Position numbers and translations under genes: made by a program. Below the pieces are notes generated by a model. It saw nothing but the letters and a program-made list of their open reading frames with translations, was not told the DNA's origin and did no database searches. Positions 50,661 to 63,643 of a stretch of DNA of 64,000 bases are shown here, piece after piece. The stretch is from Felis catus (taxonomy: Eukaryota): contig NC_058372.1 in assembly GCF_018350175.1 (NCBI RefSeq), positions 97,590,001 through 97,654,000 of the forward strand. The letters are read 5' to 3'. Numbering within the stretch: position 1 is the first letter of the stretch; the number at the start of each line of letters is the position of its first letter.

Positions 50661-51387
50661 TAGATTCAACAATCCTTAACATTTGCCAGGTTAACACATA
50701 TATAACACAGGTGTGTATGGTTTTGTTTTTGCCAAATCTTTTGACAGCTCAGCCATCATAATACCTCTAAACACCTCGGCATTCATCTTTCAAACCCCGT
50801 AGGATCCCTGCAAAGTCAGTACAGGTATTGGCCCCAGTTGACACCTGAAAGATTTGAATGTAAGAGTTTGAGATTCTAAGAAATGGACTTTCTTGCCCAG
50901 AATCACTCAGACAGTGAGCGACAGAACTGAGGTTTGAAGCCAGGCTCTCATCCTGTCTTCTAGTTGAATGGTTCTAGAGCTCGGAATTATGGTCATTGCA
51001 GAAGGCAAGCCTCTGGCTTTGAGTTTCTGTGAAAAAACTCACAGCATTTCGGAGAGACAAAATTTCATCTTGAGAATAGATCCTTAAGGTCAGAGCTACC
51101 ACTTTCCAAGAGGTTGGGTATTTTCCGAGATGCCAGGTTACTGGAAAAGATGTTCAAGGTGCAGGCCCCAGAGGAACAGATCGTTAGAGATGCAAGACTA
51201 CTGCTGCTGGAATGAGGTAACGCTTCGGAGCACCCCATCATGTACCTGAATGTTCTCCCATCCCAAATCGCCGTGAAATTTTCCTAGTTCACTACTCACT
51301 AAATGTGTGAATAGGACTTCATCCCCTTTGACTATTCGACACTCTTAAAGTCTTATTTTACTTTATTTTTAAAAGATTTTATTTTTG

Positions 51388-51598
51388 AGTGCCTGGGTGC
51401 TCAGTCAGTTAAGCATCTGACTTCAACTCAGGTCATGATCTCTCAGTTCGTGGGTTCAAGTCCCACGTCGGGCTCTGTGCTGACAGCTCAGAGCCTGGAA
51501 CCCACTTCAGATTCTGTCTCCCTCTACCTCTGCCCCTCCCCGTCTTGCACACTGTCTTTCTCTGTCCAAAATAAATAAACCTTAAAAAAAATTTTTTT
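51388..51598 (+). mobile_element. CAN-SINE inserted in the tail of an antisense short SINE
   Basis: TSD AAGATTTTATTTTT; host resumes 51601-51668. Confidence 0.85.
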
Positions 51599-51996
51599 TA
51601 AGATTTTATTTTTAAGTAATCTCTATACCCAATGTGGGGCTTCAGACAGAACCAGCCAGGCGCCCCCTTAATGTCCTATTTTAGCTTTATATTTCAGAAA
51701 TGGTGAAACATAGATGTGTTCAATAAAATACAAAATTTAAAGGGAAGGGGGCCTGGCTGGCTCTGTGGGAAGAGCGTGTGACTCTTGATCCTGGACATAA
51801 GTTCAAGCCCCAAGTCACCATGAAGCAGGAGACAGGCTAATTGTCCTCATTTTACTGGTGGAAATTCCAACGCATACAGGGACGTGCACATTATTCCCAA
51901 ATAATGAAGAAATGCTGAATGGTGGGTCTCAAAATGTGGGCCATTAGCCACCTGAACCCAAACAACCTGGAAAGCTTGTTTAAAATATAGACTCCT

Positions 51997-52213
51997 GGAG
52001 CGCCTGGGTGGCTCAGTTGGTTAAGTGTCTGACTCTTAGTTTCAGCTCAGGTCATGATCTCACAGTTTGTGGGTTCGAGCCCTGTGTTGGGCTCTGCACT
52101 GACGGCATGGAGCCTGTGTGGGATTATGTCTCTCTCTCTGCCCCTCTCATACATGCTCTCTCTCTCTCTCTCAAAAATAATACATACATACATACATACA
52201 TAATAAAAAATAA
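51997..52213 (+). mobile_element. CAN-SINE
   Basis: Head GGAGCGCCTGGGTGGCTCAG, (TACA)n tail, flanking TAGACTC. Confidence 0.9.
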
Positions 52214-52449
52214 ATGTAGACTCTGGGGTTTACCAGGGAACCAGGTCACCAAGGGATGGGCCCCTCTTAACACCTTACCCAGGTGATTGTTCCTAACCCA
52301 AGCCAGAGAACCAGTGGCTAAATTCCCAGACTATGACACCACACTAGGTACACTATTCTACCTACTGGCAGCATTATACTATACTATGGGACTCCCTGCC
52401 AAATCGCTCTACTTTCTCAATGACCCATTTGTAAAAATTCTGAGTAGTT

Positions 52450-52890
52450 TATTTTTTAACTTTTAAAAGTTTTTTCTTAATTTACCTACCATAAAATTCA
52501 CTCTTTTTGATATACGGTTCTAGGAGTTTTAACAAATGTAACCCTGTAACCCCAACCACAATCAGATAACAGAACAGGTCATAATCCCCCCAAACTCCTT
52601 TGAGTCACTCCTTTCTAGTCAGATCCTTCCCGAAACTTACCTCTGGTAACCACTGATCTCTTCCTAGTCCTGTAGTTTCGCCTCTTCCAGAATGTCATAT
52701 AAATGGAATCATAGAATACATAGCCTTTTGAATCTGGCTCTTTCCATTTAGCATAAAGCATTTGTTGCGCGTAACAGTATTTCATTCCTTTGTTGCTGAG
52801 TAATATTCTGTTGTGTGAATGTACCATGATTGTTTATCTTTTCCCCCAACTGAAGGACATTTGGGTTGTTTCTGGGCTTTGATGATAAAC
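52450..52890 (-). mobile_element. Old L1M (L1MB-like) 3' fragment
   Basis: CCAGAATGTCATATAAATGGAATCATA...GAAGGACATTTGGGTTGTTTC. Confidence 0.8.
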
Positions 52891-55800
52891 TCAATGATCC
52901 AAATTTAATTACACTGATTCTTTTCCATGGAAGAATAGCAATCTCATATAGTACCAGTGATAAGGGAGGGTAGTAGGTAGAATGAAGGCAATAGCTCACA
53001 TATGGTTCCTGCCAGTGGGTCATCTGTTTAATGGGACAGGTTCAGGACTTAAATGTGTCATTATGATAAACCTTCTGGTCTTCCAAAACCATAAAAATAA
53101 CAGGGTCTTACAGAGTGCCTCAGAGCCTATTTCTGACAAATGAAATGAAAGGCTCTTGGCATGTCAGACCCCAGAATTCCCCCTGAAACCACCTGGGTGA
53201 GCCTCTCTTGTCTTGGAATATGTTGTGTCCTGTGGCAGAGTGAGAGTCATCAAGCACCATCATCCTTCTCTACAGTTTATGATGCTTTTGCCCAACTGGA
53301 TCTATCTGATCTTCCAACAGACCCAAGAAGGAAGAAAGGAAGATATTTTTACTTGCACTATTTTGAAGATGAGTTTGTAGGAGCTCAAGGAAGCTGGTAC
53401 TTGTCCAAAGTCAATGAGTCCCTTTGGTGAGGAAGAACCCTAACTCCAATCCTCAATCCGGCAGTTTCCGGTTTTAAAGTTTTTTTTAGAATGGTGATTT
53501 ATCTCTTGAATCTGCACATTTGAGAATCAACTCTTCTCAGAGTAAGTGATGGGGTGGGCAGAAAGAGAACCAAGCCGAGTTCAAATCCTGCCTTTGCTTG
53601 CTGGCTGCGTGGCCTCAATGTTCTCACAAGACAGGTGACACTGTTACTACCTCCTACTTAGTGTTCAAAGCTGAGAGGTCTCAGAAGAGCTAATGCAAGT
53701 GGGTAAGGCATACAAGGTACTCCATAAGTGGCCGCAATTATTATCAACGTGGTTCCTTAGGAGAAACTATAGAATGTATACACCATGAACTCCGTGTGGT
53801 GGGTGCACTCTGTCCCTGAGCAGGATATCCGAGGCCTGACTTTTCTGGCACTGACAGAGGAAACCAAGGGGTTAAGGAGGAGGCCTGGAAGCTGGCACAG
53901 CTGCGGACCATTCGTTTCTAAGTTTCTGAGGAGGGGCTGAGGGACACAGCTGAGGCAGCTGTGCTCAGGGACGCTGAGGGTGTCTCCGTGGAGGACACTG
54001 GGCTGAAAGCTTTGTGTTTCTTATTTCTGAACTTGGCTTTACACTCCGGAGGGGACTTCTTCACGTCTGAGCTTGGTGTTTGAGCCCTGGCGCTGGTGGT
54101 TCCCGCAGTCAATGGCTCGCCATTCTTTGTGAGGCAATATTGCTATTGATGTCGGGCCAGGGTGGTTAGGAAACGGGATCTTCCAAATGGGGACTTTGTG
54201 GTTTGGCCACACCGAGCTGTGCCTCCACAAGCACAGTTGGGGGTTGAGACAGTTACCCACAGGGTGGGGCTTGAGGGTGAAGTGGTGTTTCTCCGCCGCT
54301 GCACTCCTTCCCCCTTCTCAGCAGCATTACCACGGCCCTGTGTGGCCATATCGTGGGCTCAGACTCCACCAAGAGAAGGGGCTGTGTGGGAACAACTGGA
54401 CCCTGAGGAGGCTCCTGAGAGTGAAAAGCAGGAGACCAAGGTGCCAGCTCTCTGAAGGATGAACCGTGTGCGCTGCCTGCCTGTCTCCCACAGCACAGGG
54501 CCCTGTACAAGACCCGGGCCAAGAGGTGGAAAGGCGGTGGGCCTGGAGAAGTACACTCCACCCTCTCTGGGAAGCCTTTTATGTCCTCCAGACAGCCAGA
54601 GGCGCCTTCTGCCCTGACCTCCCTCAGCCCTGTGTCCCCTCCTCTCTGCAGCCCTTGTCAGTGTATTGTAATTACTCGTGGGGCTGGCGGTGCCCCCACC
54701 GCACCTACCACACGCAGCCATGCCAGCTGCTCAGAACACATTGATGGAGTGACTGACTGGATCTGAAGAGACAAAAGAAATCTGAAGATAGCTCCCAGAA
54801 GGAGCTGAAGGGGCTTCTGGACAGGGAACCACTTGCTCTGCATTTTTTGCCCTGATGGCAAATCCTCTCACAAAAGAGTGGCAGCTAAGAGCCCTCACTC
54901 CTGCCCTCTGAGTTTGATTTCCTTTGAAATTCTCCTTCCTTTTTATTCCAACTATTTTCTAGAAGCAGTGAGTACTGGCTTGGTTTCAGGCACATGTGAT
55001 GTTTCTCTTCAAAGCCACCACTGATGTTAGAGACCTCCCCCCAGTTCTGCGGTCCCCTCTGGTCAACCAGGCGGATGAGGTAAACTTGTTCACTGAACTC
55101 ATTTACCTTGTTCTTGACCGTGGCTTCGTGCCCTGCCCCTTCGGTGCTGAAGTAACAGTATTCATGACACTATGGAGTGAGCTCAGTCCTGACCATTGAA
55201 AAGGGGAGGCTGAAGATGAACAAAAGCATCTTAAATGAGATACCTACTGTGCGCTGGGTAGTGGGGGAAGGAAGGAAAGAATACAGAGCCCATGTCCATG
55301 GTCTAATGTGGAGACGACAGCTAATGACCATATAGTGTGAGAAGAGCTAGGATGTGGTGAATGACCGAATGGCAAAGCTGGTGACCCCTCTGGACTTTGC
55401 ATTAGTTCACATGGCCTGCCCCTCTTCATCTGGACTCATGTGGGTGGCCTGTCTCCCTCAGCAGGCTGATTCTCTCCTCCCAGGCAGAGAGGCAGACAGG
55501 AAGATGCTCAGGATCCAGGCTAACTGAGCCAGTTGGACATTCAGTTGATTTGCAGAAGCTTTTATTTCCACATATCCATTTGTTGATGTTTTTCCTCATT
55601 CTCATTGCCCAAGAGGATTGATTATACGCGAAATTGTGATGTGTATTCTATGATCTGCCTAGAGAATTACCTCAACATTGGCCAGAGCTTAGCATTCTTA
55701 GCCACATGGGGCTCCGGAGGTACATACAGCGGGACCCAGAACTTCTGGATTCCCTGCAGCCTGAGCATCAGCACATTCTAGAGGCAGGGACTAGGATGCA

Positions 55801-57454
55801 AAGTAGGGATGGAGGGTATGGAATAAATAGTCCTATGCCCCTGGGCTCGAATCCCCTTTTCCCTGACGTGTGCTTCTCCCACTGACTTCTAAACCCCTGG
55901 GCCTCCAAGGGCTGCCTCTGCTCCTCGGACCCTTGACCTCTCCTCTAGCACCTAGGTTCCCTTTGCAAACCCTGAAGCCCAGCCACAGGAGGATAAGCAG
56001 CGGGAGAAGTCTCTCAGCTCAGGCCAGAGAGAGGAGTCCTAGGCCATAGCTATTTTCAGAACTAAAATTGAAGCCCATGGTTTATTTCCTCAGCACTTAA
56101 TTAGACTCCAGCACTGCACAGGGCTGCCTCCTTCCCGCCCACGAACGAAAGCCTGACCAGTGGGTTTGGGAGCTGACGCCATGTCACAGGCAGGAGGGCT
56201 GGGGCCTGGAGTATTTTTACTTATGGGAGGCTGTGGAGAACAAAACCACTTGGCCCTGTGCCAGTTAGACTAAGTCAGTTGGGAGAGGGAGCATAGCAGG
56301 AAAGCTGTTATATCATCCTTCCTTCTTTGAACTGTGTTGTAAATCTGCTAGACAGGAAATGGGGATTGGGAGGGGGAGGGGACTGCATAGCCAGGCTGGA
56401 GTGGGGACTGGTTACCACCACCCTCAGAGCCCAGCTTAGGCGAGGCCCTGTCCCCAGGGGAAGGTAAGGGGAGTGGGGAAGACTCACATGGGGCTGGGGC
56501 ATGGTGGGTGAGAGGGCACACTGACTGTTCAAAGCTTCCTGGGTCAGGTTGGGTATAGGGTGAGTGTATATGCCTGCAGGTGATTTCTGGGCTGGCTTTA
56601 GGTCCTCCAAATAATACCACTCAAACAAATACAGTTTTTAGAGCTGGAAGGAACTTTGAGACCCTTTAATGAGGATGTCAAGGACAATAGAGAAAAAAGA
56701 AATGACCTAAAGCCACACAGCTAATGAGAACCGAAACTGGGGATGGGAAGGGGGGTGGCGTCTTCTGACGTCTGTAAGATGGCTGTTCTAGATCTCCTTT
56801 TCTTACTGCTGTTTCTGGGCTTTCATTCCGGAGCAAGAGTAGGCATAAAATGCAAATACGCTTGGGTAAATGACACGTTAATTCAGTTCACATTACGAAC
56901 TAAATAATTGATGTTTAATACTTTACTGAGGAGAGATTTTGGTGAGTGAGAGACCCCTGAGCTCCATGAAGCAGCACTTCTGATCACAAGGGTAGGAGGC
57001 ATCATCTATTTATGATCAACCTAAGACCATGGGAGCCTCAGTGTTCCTGGGGTGGTGGGGGGGGGGGTGGCGGTGAAGGGAAGATGAGACCTGTGATGTC
57101 TCTAAAATAGAACCAGTTTCTTCTGAGGGAGAAGTGAAAATAGGAAACCTGGCTAATGGCTTCCCATATTCATACATTTGTGCAACATTTCCCCACAAAA
57201 GTCTGGAAACCAGCCTTAGGAGCACCATCGCTGTTGGAGTAAACTCCTGCTCCCCCATAGAACCAAGGAATCTCCTGTTTTCCACTTCTTCCCCTCCCAC
57301 AACACTCCGAGGCTGCCTCTCAAATGAGGATCCTTATGACAATAGTCTAAGACCTTCCTACCCACTCCAGGACCCTAAATTAAGTTAAATAATGGCTATA
57401 CCTAACCTTTATTTTGCTTTTGTTTTGTTTTGTTTTGGTTTGGCCTGGTTTTGG

Positions 57455-57630
57455 CCAAGCACTTCACTAGCATTATCCCATATCATCTTGATTATTATTA
57501 TCATCTCCATTTTGCAATGAGGACATTGAGGCTCAGAGAGGTTAAATAATTTTCCCAAAGTCACCTAAGTGACAGCAAGAGCCACAATTTGAACCAAGGG
57601 AGACTTATTCTACAACTTCTGTGTTACCCA
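57455..57630 (-). mobile_element. MIR fragment
   Basis: CCATTTTGCAATGAGGACATTGAGGCTCAGAGAGGTTAAATAATTTTCCCAAAGTCAC. Confidence 0.75.
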
Positions 57631-58755
57631 CCTCAGACTGCTTCCAATGGTGGAAATAAAATTCTTTGGAGTGCAGAGGATGCTAAATAGAATTTCATCC
57701 AACAGCAGGAAGGAGGCCCATATTGTTTATCACCTAGGCTCAAGGATACAAAGGGGTGAGGAGTGCTAGGCCCTAGAGGGTGTCTGGCTGAGAGCTGAAG
57801 TTGGGAGTGAGGTTGCCATGTTCTGCCATGCCAGAACATGGTGTTGGGTGTACATTTCTGGTTTTTGGGCAAATAGCCTAAATATCCCTTTCACTTCTCC
57901 TTGGCAGGGTCTTGGGCCATTAATACCCTATCACCACCATCCCATTCTTATATTGGTCACCCAACTCATTTCTGTGACCTAAACCTGCAATTACTTGATG
58001 TCTATTGAATGCAAATAAAACTGATTCTTGACACCCAGGGACAGTTGACATAAGATCTTGGTTGTTCTCTCTTCTCCTGTTACTTCTTCCCTATCACCTC
58101 CACCAGGGAGCACACAAGTGGAAAATATCCTTGTTCATTATTAGTCTTTTGCTATAAACTAACTTTGTTAGTATTTCCCACTAGAAAAAGACTAGTGGGG
58201 AAATAGTTTGAGGCTTGCACCTTACCTTTTTGTGTGTGCATTCCCTGTCATCTGATAGCCTAGATAACATCTCAACTTTTTTCTTAGTTCGTCCTTGGCT
58301 GTGTTTGTTGAATTGTTGTGTTGTGTTTGTGATTATATGTCATCTTTTACCCAGGTCCCCCCTTGGTCAAATTCTATGATTGATGAATATGGATAGCACT
58401 GGACTCTCACTGTATCCCATTAAATGAATTCATACATGTAACATACTAGGACATTTCCTGGCCCAAAACAAACACCCAATAATTGTCAGTTATTATTGTT
58501 GATGTTATAAGATGTGCTTGAAAAAATAATATTCAAAATCAAAGGCATCAATTTTTTTTTTCTTGTTGTCCTGATATTTTTCATTATAGCAACCAGGACT
58601 GAAGCAAATTTCCTCAAGGACAGGAACCAAGGATGATAATATGGAACAGTACTAGTTATAAACCCATTAGGGGAAGACTTCTGCTTCTAGTTATTATGGA
58701 CTAGCTTGTATCAGATCAATGCTCCACATGAGAACAATTAGAAAAACCTAGATTT

Positions 58756-58966
58756 TGTTTTTAAATGTTTATTCATTTTTGAGAGAGAGAGCACGAGTTG
58801 CGGGGCGGGGGGGGGTGGTGCGCAGAGAGAGGGGACAGAGGATCTGAAGTGTGCTCTGCACTGACAGCAGAGACCCTGATGCAAGGCTCGAACTGACAAA
58901 CTGGGAGATCATGACCTGAGCTGACGTTGGACTTAAGATTAACCAACTGAGCCACCAAGGCACCCC
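58756..58966 (-). mobile_element. CAN-SINE
   Basis: Reverse body; TSD TAGATTTT. Confidence 0.88.
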
Positions 58967-59761
58967 TAGATTTTATTAAAAGTGAGAAACATCTATTTGA
59001 AAGCATTGGAGAGATATAAGACAGAGTCTAAGGTATTAGAGAAAAAGGAAATAAAGAGAGGTGAGCAGCTTAATATATGCAGCTACTTTCTCCCAAGAGA
59101 CATTTGATGATTCTGAATAAGTTAAGTACAGAGAAGCTGAGCAGCTGAACAGGACTGTTGGCAGTCTTACAGGGGTAAGGAGACAAAAATTGGGATTCAG
59201 AGCTTTCCAAAAGGAGGGGATCTGGTAAACAGCCCAGTCTTCAGCTGGGAACCTTGAGGGACTACACCCTGGTAATAAAGCTAGCCCGAAAATAGACAAG
59301 CACTCACAGAGACTGTAACTCAGATATGAATCAAACCAATCTCCGATTAGACTAAGAAGTTATACTCCTTGCTAGCTGCCTGCCAGAAGCAAAGCAAATC
59401 CTCTTCGGAGAAATATGACATCATCCAGGCTCTCAAATTATCGCTACATTCTTCATATGGTGTCTGGCATTAAACAAATAGATGATAACAATAACAACAC
59501 CAGGCATAACAGGAGCTAGGAACAAATGACTGAAAACCAAAAGAAAAAAAATGTTGTAATTTAAACAGATATGTTGAATATATTTTAAGAATAATCTAAT
59601 AAAACTTCTAAGATTGAAATTAAGAACTCAGAGGAAAGATTTCAAAGCAGATTAGACTCAACTGAAGAGATGATTCATGAACTTGAATATAGACTAGAAA
59701 AAAATATGTGGACTTCCCTACAATTACAGCAGGATAAGATTTTTAAGAAATACCAAAAAGT

Positions 59762-59991
59762 GGGGCGCCTGGGTGGCGCAGTCGGTTAGGCGTCCGACTT
59801 CAGCCAGGTCACGATCTCGCGGTCCGGGAGTTCGAGCCCCGCGTCCGGCGCTGGGCTGATGGCTCAGAGCCTGGAGCCTGTTTCCGATTCTGTGTCTCCC
59901 TCTCTCTCTGCCCCTCCCCCGTTCATGCTCTGTCTCTCTCTGTCCCAAAAATAAATAAAAGTTGAAAAAAAAAATTAAAAAAAAAAAAAAA
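59762..59991 (+). mobile_element. Young SINEC_Fc
   Basis: CpG-rich, long A tail, perfect 16-bp TSD AAGAAATACCAAAAAG. Confidence 0.95.
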
Positions 59992-60358
59992 AAGAAATAC
60001 CAAAAAGAAAGACTGGGAGATATATGGGATTCGGTGTAGACATTTGTGTAATTAGAGTCCTAGAAGAAAAGGAGAGAGAGTGTGTAGCATAAACAATATT
60101 TGAAGAGCAAATAATCTAAGGATTTAAAAACTGATAAAAGACATAGAGGCACAGATAAATACAAAGAAAGTTACAACTAGACCCATCGTTGTAAAACAGG
60201 TAAAAAACAACTAAAGACAAAAACTGTAAATGAAGTTAGTATAAAAAAATAATAAAACACATTTTGTTCAGGGGCACAAAATAAGACAGCCAAATTTTCA
60301 ATAAAAACAATGGAAGCCAAAAAATAATGAAATGATATCTTTAAAAGGCCAAGAGAAA

Positions 60359-62379
60359 GGATGTGGCTGGAGTTTGAGGAGCACAGGGCCAGTGACGCTG
60401 CAGACCTGAGACCTGAAGCAGCCTAGAGGCAGTGAAAAATAGCCCTGAACGCCTGCAATAAAATAATGGCCTCTAATAAGACTACATTGCAAAAAGTGGG
60501 AAAGAAACAGAAAGGAAAGAGTAAAGTAGAAGAGGCAGAGCCGGAAGAATTTGTGGTGGAGAAAGTAGTAAATGGGAAGACGGAGTATTTCCTGAAGTGG
60601 AAGGGATTTACAGATGTTGACAATACTTGGGAGCTTGAAGAAAATTTAGATTGTCCAGAGTTAATTGAAGCATTTCCTAATTCTCAAAAAGCTGGTAAAG
60701 AAAAAGACGGTACAAAAAAAGACTCTCTATCCGACGGTGAATCTGATGATGGCAAATCCAAGAAGAAAAGAGATGCTGCTGATAAACCAACAGGCTTTGC
60801 CAGAGGTCTTGATCCTGAACAAATAATTGGTGCTGCAGACAGCAGTGGAGAATTCACATTTCTCATGAAATGGAAAAATTCAGAAGAGGCAGAGTCGGCG
60901 TTGGCAAAGGAGGCAAATATGAAGCGTCTTCAAATTATAATTGCATTTTCTTTATTTTAAAGTTCATTTCTTTTGAGACAGAGAGAGAGAACAAGTGGGG
61001 GAAGAGCAGAGAGAGAATCCCAAGCAGGCCCCTCACTATCAGTGCAGAGCCCAACGCAGGGCTTGATCTTACGAACCGTGGGATCACGACCCAAGTCAAA
61101 ATCAAGAGTCCACGCTTAACTGACTGAGCCACCCAGGCACCCCAAATTGTAATTCTTTTTTATGAGCCACCCAGGCACCCCAAATTGTAATTCTTTTTTA
61201 TGAAGAGAGATTAACTTGTCATTCTTGTCTAGAAGATGAAGCTCAATGATACATCATTTGGGGGAGTTGTTAGGGATTTTTTGCATCTCTAGCACTGGTT
61301 ACTTTGAATAAATAAAAGCTTTCTATGGTTGCTTCCTTTATCAGAAAAGAATATGTGAGACCATGGTATATTATTCCCCTGCATTAGAGAGCACCTTTCC
61401 TTAATGCTGGGGGAAATCTTCATAGTTGGCACTCAACCAGAATTTGTGTTTAATTCCTACATGCCTAAGGACCATTCTGGGCTTTTTGTTTATTTGGTTT
61501 TTTTTGGTGTGTGTGAGTGTATACATAAAAATACATACATAAATGGTTTTCTTTGTAAAAAAAAAAAAAAAAACATTCACCCAAACAAAAGCAGAATTTC
61601 ATGACCATGGATAAGCCCAGGTTTCTGGGATGCCATCATTTTCAGCAACCTAAGATATAAATCACTTAAAGTAAATTGAAATTTTTCCTGAACAGGCCTT
61701 AACTTTTAAAATTTCATAATTAATTGGACAATTTAAATATACCGTAAACAATTTAAATTGGGCAATTTAAAAGTAGCCATATCAGAATCCATATCCATAT
61801 CTATAGTCATATAAATGCAAGATCCCTGAAAGAAAATATAAATATAAATGTCATATAAATGCAAGATTATTTGCAAGATCCCTGAAAGAAAAATTTTAGC
61901 ATTACCAACAACCTCCCCACCCACATGAGAAAACTAGACAAGTCCTGGTGTGTTTAAATTAGGTAAGCAAAACTTAGTTACATGGACATTTAAAGTTTCC
62001 TTCTGGTGAATCATTCCTTTGCAAGAGGTTGAAATCTCTGCGATATTGACTAAAAGGTCACAATTTATGGAATGTCTAAGACTTTGTTCATGGAAACGTA
62101 ATCATAATCAGATGGTTAGAAATGTTGACAGTTTAGCACCTGCTGGAATAAATGGAGGGACAAACTTCCGTATTGTAAATTCTTGACCTGCATGTGTTTT
62201 CTTTACCTCAGCTCATTCCTTACATGCGGGCCCAATCTTCTCAGTATTTGAGTTCCTGGTTCAGCAGAAACCAGGAGAAACAATCATCAGAATGTTATCC
62301 AACTATATATTGTTTACTTTATTGTAAATATTGGTAAATAGTGGTCAATAGTTTATATTCAAAAGGATAAACAAAAATC
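60359..62379 (+). pseudogene. CBX3: CBX3 (HP1-gamma) processed pseudogene with 5'UTR, CDS (60466-61249, SINE-interrupted) and long 3'UTR
   Basis: Intronless [10 protein letters not shown]...EEFVVEKV...YFLKWKGF (chromodomain) and [11 protein letters not shown]...FLMKWK (chromoshadow); C-terminal remnant YEERLTCHSCLEDEAQ* at 61199-61249; decayed A tail and degenerate TSD. Confidence 0.95.
60950..61143 (-). mobile_element. CAN-SINE inside the CBX3 retrocopy
   Basis: Reverse body; TSD AAATT(A/G)TAATT..TTTT at 60932-60949 and 61144-61161. Confidence 0.9.
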
Positions 62380-62978
62380 AAAGGCTAAAGGAAAATATCT
62401 ACTAACCTAAAAATTCTATACCCAGAGAAAGTATCGTTCAAAAAATGAAAGCAAATCGTTCAAAAATGAAAGCGAAAAAAAGACATTACCAGCTAAACAA
62501 CTGAAGTGATTTAGAGCTTGCCGACAGACACTAGTGGGAAAACTAGTTTTTCAGGTAGAAGGAAAGAATTCCAAATGGAAGCAAGAAGATGAAGAAGGGG
62601 ATAAAGAGCACTGTAAAGAGTAGACATATGAGGGAATCTGAATTAGTGTTGACTGTCTAAATATATATGTATAGAATATATGTTGAATTCAAGTATGTAA
62701 CAATACACAAAATGTAAGTGGGAAAAGGAGTTAAAGTATTCCAATGTCCTTATCCATGAATTGAAAAAAAATACTAATTGGACTTTAATGAGTCAAGGAT
62801 GCATGTTGTAATCTTTAGGTCTAGGCTAACCAACAAACGTGATAAAAGAATCAATGACTAGTTCATAGAAGAGGGAAATGAAATAATAATAATAAATATT
62901 TTATTCCAAAGAAGTTAAGAAAGGGGAAAAGAAAACAGAACAATTGTAACAACTAAAAAATTAAAACATGGTAGATTT

Positions 62979-63143
62979 GGGACACCTGAGTGGCTCAGTT
63001 GGTTAAGCACCCGACTTTGGCTCAGGTCACGATCTCCTCGTTCCTGAGTTCGAGCGGCACAGAGCCTGGAGCCTGTTTCAGATTCTGTGTCTCCCTTTCT
63101 CTCTGCCCTTCCCCCTCTCAAAAATAAATAAACATTAAAAAAA
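62979..63143 (+). mobile_element. SINEC_Fc-like with internal deletion
   Basis: Head GGGACACCTGAGTGGCTCAG; missing middle segment. Confidence 0.85.
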
Positions 63144-63541
63144 TTTTTTTGAGAAAAAACAGCAAAGATTTATATCCAAATATGTCAGTAAGTGTATTAA
63201 ATGTAAACTAAGAGTTCTAATTAAAAGATCAACATTGTGAGACTGGATTAAAAATAAACATACCCCTACACCCAAATATAAGCACACAGAAAGAATAAAA
63301 GTAAAAGGAGGAAGAAATATATTTCTGACTAAAAGAAAACTGGTATGTTTATCCTAATATCAGACACTGTTTAAGGCAAGAAGTTTTACAAGAAATAAAG
63401 TAGTACATTTCATAAGGATAAAAATGTCAGTCCATCTGAAGGATATAGCAATTCTTAATTGTACCTAATAACACATCCTCAAATTTTAAAATGTAATAAT
63501 TGACAGAACTAAAAGGAAAAATGGAACTTTTTAAATAAAAG

Positions 63542-63643
63542 TTTTTTTTTTAAAGTAATGTCCATGCCCACTGTGGGGCTCAAAACCATGACCCTGAGAT
63601 CAAGAGTCACATGCTCTACTGACTGAGCCAGCCAGGCGCCCCC
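63542..63643 (-). mobile_element. Short CAN-SINE variant
   Basis: Reverse body ending GCCAGCCAGGCGCCCC. Confidence 0.8.
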
